Below, piece after piece: positions 10,700 to 21,075 of a stretch of 64,000 nt of DNA. Below the pieces are notes generated by a model. It saw only the letters and a list, made by a program, of their open reading frames with translations, made no database searches and had not been told where the DNA came from. Numbering within the stretch: position 1 is the stretch's first letter; the number at the start of each line of letters is the position of its first letter. The DNA is from an uncultured Chloroflexia bacterium. GTDB lineage: Bacteria > Chloroflexota > Limnocylindria > Limnocylindrales > CSP1-4. The stretch lies in contig CAWCQK010000004.1 in NCBI GenBank assembly GCA_963797685.1, positions 331,943 to 395,942 on the forward strand. Reading direction: 5' to 3'. The position numbers were made by a program, and so were the translations under genes.

Positions 10700-10758
10700 G
10701 CCCCGTCCTCGTCGCCCATGCCGTGGCGTCCGGAACCGCTCCGTGCCACCATCGGCGC

Positions 10759-11154
10759 ATGCAGTCCTCGCGATCCGACGACGCCGCCGACGACGACCGG
10801 GAGTCCGAGACCGCGTACGACCTCCTCCAGCGCGGGCAGGAGCTGCTCGACCGGCGCCATCACGCCCAGGCCGCGATCGTCCTCGAGCGGGCCGACCGGC
10901 TCGAGCCGCGCAAGGGCTCGATCATCGAGGCGCTCGGGCGCGCCTATTTCAACTCGGGCCAGGCGGAGCGGGCACGTGAGACGTTCGAGCGATTGCTCGA
11001 GGTCGATCCGTCATCGCACTACGGCCATTTCGCGCTGGGCCAGAGCCTGAAGCGCCTCGGTCGCCGCGCGGAGGCTCGCACGCACCTCCGCCTGGCGGTC
11101 GCGCTCAGCCCGGGAACCGCCCTGTACCAGGACGCCCTGGCGCGACTCGGCTGA
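10759..11154 (+). CDS. tetratricopeptide repeat protein (131 aa)
   Basis: TPR-like repeats (AIVLERADRLEPRKGSIIEALGRAYFNSGQAERARETFERLLEVDPSSHYGHFALGQSL). First ATG after the NaPRT stop in this frame. Confidence 0.6.
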   Translation: MQSSRSDDAADDDRESETAYDLLQRGQELLDRRHHAQAAIVLERADRLEPRKGSIIEALGRAYFNSGQAERARETFERLLEVDPSSHYGHFALGQSLKRLGRRAEARTHLRLAVALSPGTALYQDALARLG

Positions 11155-11175
11155 GGCGCCACGGCGCCGCCCGCC

Positions 11176-11703
11176 CTAGTCGTCGCGCAGCCCGGCCAGC
11201 CAGAGCAGCGCAACGAGCGTCTTGCCGTCGCGCATCTCGCCGCGCTCGGCGGCCGCGACCGCGTCGCGCCAGGGCAGCCGCTCGACCAACAGCCGCTCGT
11301 CCTCGTCGGGTGTCAGGCGATCGCCGTCGGCCGGTCGCAGGTCCGTGGCCAGATACAGGTGCATGAGCTCGGACGCGAAGCCGGGTGCCGTGTAGAACCG
11401 GGCGATCTTCCGCCACGACCCGGCGCGCATCCCTGTCTCCTCCTCGAGCTCGCGCGGCGCCGCCTCGTCCGGGTCCTCGATCGAGCCGTCGTCGGCGACG
11501 TCGAGCGTCCCGGCCGGTATCTCGAGCAGGAGCTCACCGACCGCCACCCGATACTGCCGGACGAGCAGCACCTGGTCCTCGTCGTCGATGGCGAGGATCG
11601 CGACCGCGCCCGGGTGGCCTGCGATCTCGCGCGTCGCGCGCGAGCCGTCGGCGCGTTCGATGGTGTCGATGCGGAAGGTCAGGTACCGCCCCTTATGCAG
11701 CAC
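11176..11703 (-). CDS. NUDIX hydrolase (ADP-ribose pyrophosphatase-like)
   Basis: Nudix box GTLDVADDGSIEDPDEAAPRELEEETG; 175 aa. Confidence 0.8.
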   Translation of the reverse strand: MLHKGRYLTFRIDTIERADGSRATREIAGHPGAVAILAIDDEDQVLLVRQYRVAVGELLLEIPAGTLDVADDGSIEDPDEAAPRELEEETGMRAGSWRKIARFYTAPGFASELMHLYLATDLRPADGDRLTPDEDERLLVERLPWRDAVAAAERGEMRDGKTLVALLWLAGLRDD

Positions 11704-11786
11704 CTCCGAGTCGACGACGCGCTCGACGAGATCGGCCCCGGAGGATCCCTCCGGGGCCGTCGTGTCGTCGAGGGACGGATCGCCGT

Positions 11787-12905
<1,119 letters not shown>

Positions 12906-13071
12906 GGCGAACCTCCGCTCCCAGCGGTCCTTCGCGGGCCCATGCATCCAGTCGCCGAAGCGAAACGTGGACGGGCCCCGTACGAGGGCTGCTCAGGGTG
13001 TGGCCATCGTAGGTGCGTGGCGGGCGCCACGCAAGGACTTGCCGTGATCGCGCGTTCGCTCGATCCGTCCG

Positions 13072-13971
13072 TCACGATCGGGCGGGAGGCAGGCGGGTCA
13101 GGTCGAGCCGACGCAGGCGTTCCGGGTCGAACAGCACGTCGATCTCGAGGATCCTATGGTGCAGGACCGTGAAGCCCATCACGGAGAAGGGCTCGCCGTT
13201 CTCGTCGCGAGACACGATGCCGGCAGATCCATTGACCAGCGCATGCTGCACATCGAAGCCGGTCAGACGGAGCGTGATCGTGAGGGCCGATCGCGCCACC
13301 ATCTCGGCCCCGCGGATCTCCCGGGTGGCTCCCAGCCAGCGCGCGCCGCCGTCCGCCCGCAGGACGACGTCCGGGTCGAGGACCGCGAGCAAGCCTTCGA
13401 AGTCGCCAGTGCGGACGGCGGTGATGAACGCGTCAACGGCCGTTCGCTGGGCGCGCAGGTCGCGATCGGCGTGGGTGACTCCTCGCACGCGACGACGGGC
13501 CCGGCTCGCCAGCTGCCTGGTCGCGGCCGGAGTACGGCCGAGGATGGGCGCGATCTGCTCGAACGGCACGGCAAACACGTCGTGCAGGACGAACGCCACT
13601 CGCTCGGCGGGAGCGAGCGTCTCGAGCATCACGAGTAGCGCCATGCCGACCGAGTCGCCGACAAGGACCTCGTGCTCGGGATCCATCCCGTCAGGGCCGT
13701 CGATGATCGGCTCGGGGACACGTCCGGGTGGGTAGTCCTCGTGGCGCGCTTTCCGGGCGCGGAGCAAGTTCAGGCAGACCCGCGCGACGACCGTCGTCAA
13801 CCACGCTCCGAGGTTCTCGATGCCGCTCTCGTCCGTCTGGCTGATCCGGAGCCAGGCTTCCTGGAGAGCGTCGTCGGCTTCCGAGGGCGAGCCGAGCATC
13901 CGAAATGCGATCCCGCGCAGCCGCGGGCGGTCGGCCTCGAACCGTTCGGCGAGCACCTCCTGCTGATCCAC
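13072..13971 (-). CDS. ECF sigma factor with fused C-terminal SnoaL/NTF2-like domain (ECF41/SigJ-like)
   Basis: Sigma-2 region (ADDALQEAWLRI, AWLTTVVARVCLNLLR) and sigma-4 region (FVLHDVFAVPFEQIAPILGRTPAATRQLASRAR). A C-terminal extension of about 100 aa follows (FITAVRTGDFEGLLAVLDPDVVL...). No anti-sigma gene is adjacent. Confidence 0.85.
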   Translation of the reverse strand: MDQQEVLAERFEADRPRLRGIAFRMLGSPSEADDALQEAWLRISQTDESGIENLGAWLTTVVARVCLNLLRARKARHEDYPPGRVPEPIIDGPDGMDPEHEVLVGDSVGMALLVMLETLAPAERVAFVLHDVFAVPFEQIAPILGRTPAATRQLASRARRRVRGVTHADRDLRAQRTAVDAFITAVRTGDFEGLLAVLDPDVVLRADGGARWLGATREIRGAEMVARSALTITLRLTGFDVQHALVNGSAGIVSRDENGEPFSVMGFTVLHHRILEIDVLFDPERLRRLDLTRLPPARS

Positions 13972-13996
13972 TCGGTCACGTTCCTTCGTTCGGGGG

Positions 13997-14024
13997 TGTC
14001 ACTTGAGTGACCCGCCAACGCGGG
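13997..14024 (+). promoter_or_regulatory. TGTCAC -35-like element inside a GTCAC-TTGA-GTGAC palindrome, upstream of the NmrA-like gene
   Basis: TGTCAC at 13997-14002. Perfect inverted repeat at 13998-14011. CG-rich CGCGGG about 17 nt downstream. GAAGGAGAG SD at 14035-14043. Confidence 0.35.
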
Positions 14025-14049
14025 ACTGTGTGACCGAAGGAGAGTACCG

Positions 14050-14898
14050 ATGGACAAGCCGATCCTCGTCACCGGGGGCACCGGCACCCTGGGCCGGCTC
14101 GTCGTCGCCCGTCTCCGGGAGGCGGGACGGGACGTCCGCGTGCTCAGCCGGCATGGGGGCGCGGCCACGGCCGACGCGGCCGTCGAGTTCGTGACGGCCG
14201 ACGCGGCCGTCGAGTTCGTGACGGGCGACCTGGCCACGGGCGCCGGGGTCGAGGCCGCGGTCGACGGCATCGAGGTCGTCGTGCACTGCGCCGGCGGCCG
14301 CGTCGGCGACGACGACACACACGCGAACCTGGTCGGCGCAGCCTCGCGGGCCGGGGCGCGGCATCTTGTCTACATCTCCGTCGTCGGCGCCGACCGGATC
14401 CCGGTCCAAAGCCGGATCGACCGCGCGATGTTCGGCTATTTCGCGTCGAAGCTGGCCGCGGAGCAGGTCGTGACCAGCTCGGGGATCCCATGGACGACGC
14501 TCCGCGCGACCCAGTTCCAGCAGTCGTTCCTGACCGTCGCACGTGGGATGGCGAAGCTGCCCGTGATCCCAGTTCCGAGCGGCCTCCAATTCCAGCCGAT
14601 CGATGCCCGCGAGGTCGCAACGCGGCTCGCCGGGCTCGCCCTCGATGGACCGGCGGGCCTCGTCCCCGAGATCGGCGGGCCGCAGGTGCTTGGCATGGGC
14701 GAGCTCATCCGTCTCTACCTTCAGGCCACCCACCAGCGTCGACTGCTGATGCCGGTCCCGACGATGGGCGGGGCCGCCGCCGCGGTCCGAGCGGGCGCGA
14801 ACCTGACCCCCGACCGCGTTGCGGGCCGGACGACGTGGGAGGACTTCGTTGCCGAGCGGGTAGGCCCGGCGGGCCAGGTCAGCCCCGGCCCGGCATAG
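14050..14898 (+). CDS. NmrA-like/atypical SDR NAD(P)H-binding protein
   Basis: N-terminal ILVTGGTGTLGRLVVARL Rossmann motif; 282 aa. Divergent from the ECF41-type sigma gene. Carries an in-frame 27-bp duplication. Confidence 0.8.
   Translation: MDKPILVTGGTGTLGRLVVARLREAGRDVRVLSRHGGAATADAAVEFVTADAAVEFVTGDLATGAGVEAAVDGIEVVVHCAGGRVGDDDTHANLVGAASRAGARHLVYISVVGADRIPVQSRIDRAMFGYFASKLAAEQVVTSSGIPWTTLRATQFQQSFLTVARGMAKLPVIPVPSGLQFQPIDAREVATRLAGLALDGPAGLVPEIGGPQVLGMGELIRLYLQATHQRRLLMPVPTMGGAAAAVRAGANLTPDRVAGRTTWEDFVAERVGPAGQVSPGPA
14170..14223 (+). repeat. perfect 27-bp tandem duplication (2 copies) inside the NmrA-like CDS
   Basis: gccgacgcggccgtcgagttcgtgacg occurs at 14170-14196 and again at 14197-14223. 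It encodes ADAAVEFVT twice, in frame. Confidence 0.95.
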
Positions 14899-14916
14899 CC
14901 CTGGGGAGAGGGGAGT

Positions 14917-14992
14917 TGGGGTGGCCTACGGGGCTCGAACCCGTAACCTTCGGAGCCACAATCCGATGCTCTGCCATTGAGCTAAGGCCACC
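14917..14992 (-). tRNA. tRNA-His (anticodon GTG)
   Basis: The reverse complement folds by hand into a cloverleaf. It has G(-1), acceptor GTGGCCT/AGGCCAC, anticodon stem TCGGA/TCCGA with loop TTGTGGC, T-arm ACGGG-TTCGAGC-CCCGT, discriminator C and encoded CCA. Confidence 0.9.
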
Positions 14993-15281
14993 GCGGTGCT
15001 CGTGCGTGGCGGACCCGCGCCTCGTGGCGGGACGAGCGACGGGAGTATAGCGGCTCGCCCAACGGGCAGCGCCCGATCGCTCCGCTGACCGGCGCCCCGC
15101 GACCCCGGACCCATCCAGACCGCACCGGGCCCGCCACCGCCGCACCGGACCCGTCCGGACCCGCCGGTACCTGGGAGCCAACCATGCCCGGACCTTCGCG
15201 CCGCGGACATCCACCGCTTCCCACCCTACGGTCACCAGGACACCACGACACCCCCGGACAGCCCCGGAGTACGCAGCACGC

Positions 15282-16295
15282 ATGTCCCTGGTCGACCGCT
15301 CCCTGCCCCGCCGCCTGTCGAGCCCGAGCCGCTGGGTCGGCCTCTCGCCGTCGCGCCGGCTGGTGTTCGCGGTCGCCCTGTTGTTCGTGGTCACCTCGCT
15401 GGCCACGTTCGCCGCGCCGAGCCGGATCTTCGCCTGGGCCCCCGACTCGTTCAGCTCTTCGTCCGAAGCCGAGCTCGTGACCCTCACCAATCGCGCCCGC
15501 GCGAACGCCGGCCTCCGCTCCCTCAAGGTCGACTCGACGCTGACATCGGTCGCCCGGTGGCGCAGCGAGGACATGATCACGCGCGATTACTTCAGCCACA
15601 CGATCCCGGGTTACGGCAAGGTCTGGGACAAGCTCGCGGCGATCCACTACTGCTACACGGTCGGTGGCGAGAACATCGGCTGGAACAACTATCCCGATGA
15701 TCTCGCCACGGCCGCGATCCAGACGGCGTTCATGGGCTCGCCCGACCACAAGGCGAACATCCTGGGCAAGGCCTGGGACGTCATCGGCATCGGCGCCTAC
15801 AAGGGCACGGACGGCCGGAAGATGTGGACGGTCCTGTTCGCCGACAAGTGCGGGTCGACGACCACGAAGCCCACCCCAGAGCCCACTCCCAGGCCGACAC
15901 CGAGACCGACACCGAGACCGACGGCGCACCCCACGGCTCGACCGGCTCCGCGCCCGACGCCACGACCGACTCCCACGCCCCGCGCGACCATCCGAGTGGC
16001 CGCCACGAGCGCGCCGACGCCCAAGCCGACCCCGCAGCCGACGCCGTCATCGACCCTCGCGTCGACCGGTCCGGTGGCGCCGAACGACGGCATCGTCGGG
16101 ACCGTCGACCCGGGCCAGCCATCCAACGACTCCTCGACCGTCCCGACCCCGACACCGATCCCGAGCGCAACCCCGTCCGGCGGCATCGGCTCGACCGACG
16201 GCTCCGTCGGCATGCGCGTGGTCGATCCCGGCACGACCGAGGGACTTCTCGACGCCATCGTCGGCGGAGTCGCCGGCTTCTTCTTCGGAGGCTGA
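15282..16295 (+). CDS. CAP/SCP (YkwD-like) domain secreted protein with Pro/Thr-rich C-terminal region
   Basis: [31 protein letters not shown]...FSHT...GENIGWN...[15 protein letters not shown]-domain motifs. N-terminal TM/signal. [18 protein letters not shown] low-complexity stretch (about 15868-15985). Confidence 0.8.
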   Translation: MSLVDRSLPRRLSSPSRWVGLSPSRRLVFAVALLFVVTSLATFAAPSRIFAWAPDSFSSSSEAELVTLTNRARANAGLRSLKVDSTLTSVARWRSEDMITRDYFSHTIPGYGKVWDKLAAIHYCYTVGGENIGWNNYPDDLATAAIQTAFMGSPDHKANILGKAWDVIGIGAYKGTDGRKMWTVLFADKCGSTTTKPTPEPTPRPTPRPTPRPTAHPTARPAPRPTPRPTPTPRATIRVAATSAPTPKPTPQPTPSSTLASTGPVAPNDGIVGTVDPGQPSNDSSTVPTPTPIPSATPSGGIGSTDGSVGMRVVDPGTTEGLLDAIVGGVAGFFFGG

Positions 16296-16298
16296 TCC

Positions 16299-17153
16299 AT
16301 GGCCATCGCGATCCGTTCACCACACTCCCGACCTCACCACGAGGTCGACCCCGTCGCACCGAGCCCGGCACCGGGCGAGACCCCGACCAGGCGCGACGTC
16401 CTGCCGCCGATCCTCGAGGCGCGCGATCTGACCAAGACGTACCCGCTCGGCTCGACGGTCGTCGAGGCGCTGCGCGGCGTGTCGCTGTCGATCGAGCCCG
16501 GCGAGTTCGTGGCCCTGATGGGTCCGTCGGGGTCGGGCAAGTCCACCCTGCTCCAGGTGCTCGGCGGCCTCGATCGCCCGACGTCGGGCGAAGTCACGTT
16601 CGAGGGCCAGTCGATCGCCCAGCTGTCGGACGACGACGCGACCAGGTTGCGGCGAGACCGGACCGGCTTCGTCTTCCAGTCGTTCAACCTGATCCCGCTG
16701 CTCGACGTCACGGAGAACGTGGCGCTGCCATTCATCATCGCCGGCGGCGACTCGGACCGCGGTGAGATCCGCGACCGGATCCGCGACGTCATCGCGCTGG
16801 TCGACCTGACCGGCAAGGAGAAGCACAAGCCCGACCAGCTGTCGGCCGGCGAGCAGCAGCGGGTCGCCATCGCGCGGGCCCTGGTCACGCGGCCAGCGCT
16901 CCTGTTCGCCGACGAGCCGACCGGCAACCTCGACTACACGACCGGCACCGAGATCCTCGACTCGCTCTGGCGGTCGTGCGTCGAGCGCGGCCAGACCGTC
17001 GTCCTCGTCACCCACGACTCGAAGGCGGCGGCGTATGCCGACCGTGTCCTCGTCGTCGGGGACGGCCGGATCCGCGACACGATCGAGCTCGGCCGCCGCG
17101 ACAGCCACGACGCCACGCCGCTCATCGCGCGGCTGGCCGACCTCGGGCTGTAG
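16299..17153 (+). CDS. ABC transporter ATP-binding protein (MacB/LolD/FtsE-like)
   Basis: [11 protein letters not shown] Walker [16 protein letters not shown] signature, [12 protein letters not shown] Walker B. The N-terminal ~45 aa are uncertain. Confidence 0.85.
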   Translation: MAIAIRSPHSRPHHEVDPVAPSPAPGETPTRRDVLPPILEARDLTKTYPLGSTVVEALRGVSLSIEPGEFVALMGPSGSGKSTLLQVLGGLDRPTSGEVTFEGQSIAQLSDDDATRLRRDRTGFVFQSFNLIPLLDVTENVALPFIIAGGDSDRGEIRDRIRDVIALVDLTGKEKHKPDQLSAGEQQRVAIARALVTRPALLFADEPTGNLDYTTGTEILDSLWRSCVERGQTVVLVTHDSKAAAYADRVLVVGDGRIRDTIELGRRDSHDATPLIARLADLGL

Positions 17154-17163
17154 GGCTCAACCG

Positions 17164-19687
17164 ATGTCGCTGACGACCCTCGCCTTCCGCAGCCTGCGCG
17201 CCCGTCCCGCCCGGGTCGGGTTGAGCATCCTCGGGGTCGCTCTCGGCGTCGCGGTCCTGTTCGCAGGGCTGGCCACGAACGCCGGGGTCGACACCTCGGT
17301 CAACACGACTGTCCGCGACCTGGTCGGCCGTGCCGACCTGCGGGTGGCGGCCTTCAGCGAGACCGGGTTGTCAGCCGGGACGGCGGCGGCGATCGCCGGA
17401 ACGCCCGGAGTCGCGGTCGCGGCACCCGCCCTCGAGCGCCGCACGTACCTCGAGCCGGCGCTGTCGGCCACGGCCGCGCTGCCTCCGCCGGTGACGGTCC
17501 TCGGGATCGATCCGGCGCTCGACGGCCGCCTGCACGACCAGGCCTTGGTCGCCGGGTCCGCCCTCACCGATCCGACCGAGCACAGCGCCCTCATCACTGA
17601 GCGGCTGGCGGCCGAGGATGGGCTGGCGCTCGGATCATCGATCAGCATGCAGGGAGCCGGCGACCAGGTCACCTATCGGGTCGTCGGGATCGTGGCCGGC
17701 GACGGACCGCTGACCGGGGCACTCGGGCGAACGGTCATCGTGCCACTGGCGACCGCCCAGGCCGTGTTCGGGACGACGGGCGTCAGCCGGGTCGACATCG
17801 GGCTCGCGCCCGGCGCGGATCCAGCCGTCGTCACGTCAGCCCTCGAGGCGCGTCTCGTCAGCGAACCGTACGTGCTGTCGTCGCCGCAGGACCTGGCCGC
17901 CGCTTTGCGCGCCTCCACCACGGACTTCCAGGCGACGACCGCCCTGATCGCCGCGGTCGCCTTGTTTGCCGGCGCGTTCCTGATCTTCAACACGCTGTCG
18001 ATGACCGTCACCGAGCGGATCCGCGAGGTCGGGCTGCTGCGCGCCGCCGGGGCGCGTCGGGGCCAGGTGATGTCGTTCATGCTCACCCAGGCACTCGCCA
18101 TCGGGGTCGTCGGCTCGCTGGCCGGGCTCGCCATCGGGGCGCTCCTGGCCGTCGTCATGGTCGCGTTCGTCGGGACCATCGGCTCCGTTGCCCTCGACCG
18201 ACCGACGTTCCCGCCCGACGCGATCGCGATCGCGTTCGCGGTCGGCGTCGCAGTGACCCTGGCGGCCGCGCTCGAACCCGCGCGTCGCGCCAGCCGGATC
18301 CAGCCGGTCGAGGCACTCAAGGCGCGGCTCGACCGGGCCGATGCCCGGACCGCCCGGCTGCGTTGGCTCACGGTCGTCTTCGCGGTCGTCGCTGCTCGTC
18401 GGTCTGCTGGTTCTGCCGCGCCCGGTCGGCGACGCGGGGGTCATCGAGGCCCTGCTGGTCTACGGGGCCCTGCTGGTCGGTACCCTGCTGATCCCATTCC
18501 TGCTGCCTGCCATGGCCCGGATCGCCGGGGCGCCGTTCGCGCTGCTGCTCCGCTTCGAGGCGCGCATCGCCCGCAGCTCGGTCGTACGCGACCGGAGCCG
18601 GACCGCGCTGACGCTCGGCGGGCTGACGATCGGGCTGGCGATGATCGTCGCGCTCGGCGGCGTCGGGCAGAACGCACGTGCCGCCGCCGCGGGCTGGATC
18701 GCCGACGTCGTGCCGGGCGGGCTGGTCGTGACGTCGATCCGGCCGATCGCCGCCGATGAAGGCGTCCCCGAACAGATCCGGAGCGATGTCCCCGGGATCG
18801 AGCGGGTGAGCCCGATCGCCACCTTCGACGTCGCGCTGACCGGCGTCCGGACCGATGCCGCGGCCGTCGTCGGCGCCGACATGCTGGCCGACGGCCGGCT
18901 TACGTTCGTCGCCGGCGACCGGGCGACCGCGCTGGCCGCCCTCGACGCGGGCGGTGCGACGATCCTGCCGGCCGCCCTTGCCGACAGGCTCGGGTTGACG
19001 GTCGGCAAGACCATCGCCGTCCCGGCGAACGACGGCGGCCAGCTCGACCTGACCGTCGCGGGCATCGTCGAGCGATCCATCCCGGGCAAGACCGGCGAGG
19101 CGATGCTCGTCGGTTGGAACGACGCGACGACCCACCTGGGCGTCGTCGGTGCCGACCTCTTCGCGGTCCGTTTCGCGCCCGACGCCCCGGCCTCTGCCCA
19201 CGACGCGCTGCAGACGTCGGCGAACGAGCTGGCGCTCGAGGTCGTCCCGCTCGACCGGATCGAGGGCGCGATCAGCGACGCGCTGGGCCGGATCTTCGGA
19301 CTGTTCGACGCTCTCGCGGCGGTGGCCGTCGTGATCGCCGCGCTCGGCATCGTCAACACGCTGACCATGAACGTCATCGAGCGCGTGCGCGAGATCGGCA
19401 TCCTGCGCGCGGCCGGGATGACTCGCCGCCAGGTGTGGCGGTCGGTCGTCGTCGAAGCCGGTGTGCTCGGGCTCGCCGGGGCCATCCTCGGCATCGTCCT
19501 GGGTCTCGTGGTCGGCGCCCTCATGGTGGTCGTGACCGGCGGACGACCCGACGTGGCCGCCGGGATCCCGTGGTCGATCGTCGGGCTGGCCCTCGTCATC
19601 GGCGTCACGGTCGCCATGCTCGCCGCGGCCTATCCGGCCCGGATCGCCAGCCGGCTGTCCATCGTGAGGGCCGTCCAGTACGAGTGA
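17164..19687 (+). pseudogene. 10-TM double-FtsX ABC transporter permease, frameshifted as assembled
   Basis: The first MacB_PCD+FtsX module is in frame 1 (MSLTTLAFRSLRARPARV...RASRIQPVEALK...LRWLTVVFAVV). The second module is in frame 2 (LLVGLLVL...NTLTMNVIERVREIGILRAAGMTRRQV...). The +1 junction is near 18385-18395. Confidence 0.8.
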
Positions 19688-19746
19688 CGCGATGCTAGAC
19701 TCGGGTCGTCGGTCGCCATCCGCGTGACCCCTGATCCGGAGTCCAG

Positions 19747-20391
19747 ATGACCATCGCCATACCGAGGCTCGACCGCTCGACTGCCGCGGATCGGGGCCTC
19801 ACCATCGCCGATTTCCTCGTCCCCATCCGACTCGGCGAACGGCTCAACGCCCGGGCTCGCGACGTTGCCCTCGTCTTCGCCGGCGCACTGTTCATCTTCC
19901 TCACCTCGAAGGTCGTGATCCCGGTCGCGGGGTCGCCCGTCCCGATCACCGGCCAGACATTCGGCGTCCTGATGGTCGGCGGCGCGCTCGGCCTGCGGCG
20001 GGGCGCCGTCGGCGTCGCGCTCTACGTCCTGCTCGGCGTCGTCGGGCTGCCGTTCTTCGCCGAGGGCAAGGGCGGCCTCACCGTCATCTGGGGCGCGACC
20101 GGCGGCTACCTGATCGGGTTCATCCTGGCCGGTGCCGTGGTCGGCCGGCTCGCTGAGCTCGGCTGGGACAGGAAGATCGGCGGTGCGCTCGGGGCGATGG
20201 TGGTCGGCAGCGCGATGATCTACGCGGTCGGGCTGCCGTGGCTGAAGGTCGTGACCGGCCTGACTGTCGAGGAGACGATCGCCCAGGGTCTGACGCCCTT
20301 CCTGATCGGCGACGCCATCAAGATCATCCTCGCCGCCGTCCTGTTCCCGGCCGCCTGGTGGGTCGTGGGGCGGCGTCCGGACGACCGCTAG
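19747..20391 (+). CDS. bioY: biotin transporter BioY
   Basis: PITGQTFGVLMVGGALG...GATGGYLIGFILAG...FLIGDAIKIILAA are typical BioY motifs; 214 aa. Confidence 0.85.
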   Translation: MTIAIPRLDRSTAADRGLTIADFLVPIRLGERLNARARDVALVFAGALFIFLTSKVVIPVAGSPVPITGQTFGVLMVGGALGLRRGAVGVALYVLLGVVGLPFFAEGKGGLTVIWGATGGYLIGFILAGAVVGRLAELGWDRKIGGALGAMVVGSAMIYAVGLPWLKVVTGLTVEETIAQGLTPFLIGDAIKIILAAVLFPAAWWVVGRRPDDR

Positions 20392-20406
20392 GGTCGGACG
20401 GGGAGC

Positions 20407-21034
20407 TCAGACCGGGGACTCGACCCGTGCCGGCGGCGCCTTGGCCCCTTCGGCCGCGAGGCCGGCGCTGAGGCTCCGATACGAGTCCCGGAGCAGCCGG
20501 GCGACCTCGGGCCAGTAGAGAGTGCCGGCCCCGGTGGGTCCGTCCGGATCGTCGGTCGCGCCCCGGTCACGGACCTCGGCCGCGATCCCGCGCAGCCGCC
20601 CCGCCTCGGCCACCCGATCTCGGGGCACGTCATACAGGCTTGCGTACAGATCGGTGATCGCGTCACCGGCCGCGACGCCGGCGGCCAGTCCGATCTCGCG
20701 CCGGACGACCCACCAGCGAAGCTCGTTCCGGGCGACCGCCTCGACATCGACGTGGTCCGGAAGCCTGAGCGCCCGATAGCCCCGGCCGATGTCGAGGCGC
20801 ATAGCGGTCGTAGTCGCCGGTCGCGCGTGCGAAGCCGACCGCGGCGCGGGTCAGGAGCAGGCTCGCCCACAGCGCGCGCGGCCAGGACACGTGCGCCTGC
20901 TCGTGGATCGCCTGCACGAGCAGGCCGAACAGGCGCGCCGGCTGGCGGCGGTAGTAGGCCTTCCACATCCTCGTCTCGAGGCGGGCGAGCCGGTCGGGGT
21001 CGAAGTCCTTGCCCCACGCGGTCCCGGTGCCCAT
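20407..21034 (-). pseudogene. conserved hypothetical protein, apparently frameshifted
   Basis: MGTGTAWGKDFDPDRLARLETRMWKAYYRR...ATGDYDRY (upper ORF) continues in another frame as RLDIGRGYRALRLPDHVDVEAVARNELRWWVV... (lower ORF). The junction is near 20796-20806. GGAGGG SD lies 9 nt upstream of ATG 21034. Confidence 0.5.
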
Positions 21035-21060
21035 CGGCGGCGTCCCTCCAGCGTGTCCGA

Positions 21061-21075
21061 TATCGTGCTCCGATG
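21061..21075 (+). promoter_or_regulatory. possible -10 (TATCGT) placed 6 nt before the ATG, a leaderless-type arrangement
   Basis: TATCGT at 21061-21066 fits TANNNT. There is no SD-like purine run before ATG 21073. Only 38 nt separate it from the divergent gene. Confidence 0.3.

Noticed and set aside
14917-15281. tRNA-His as an integration site for a genomic island
   Set aside because: No integrase, no direct repeat of the tRNA 3' end nearby, and the flanking genes (NmrA-like, CAP-domain) have host-typical GC.
15868-15985. Short tandem repeats (ccgacaccgaga-type) as a possible CRISPR or VNTR locus; likewise the GAT repeat at 60823-60895
   Set aside because: Both lie inside coding sequence and encode Pro/Thr-rich or Gly-Ala-Thr linkers. 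There is no repeat-spacer architecture and there are no cas genes.
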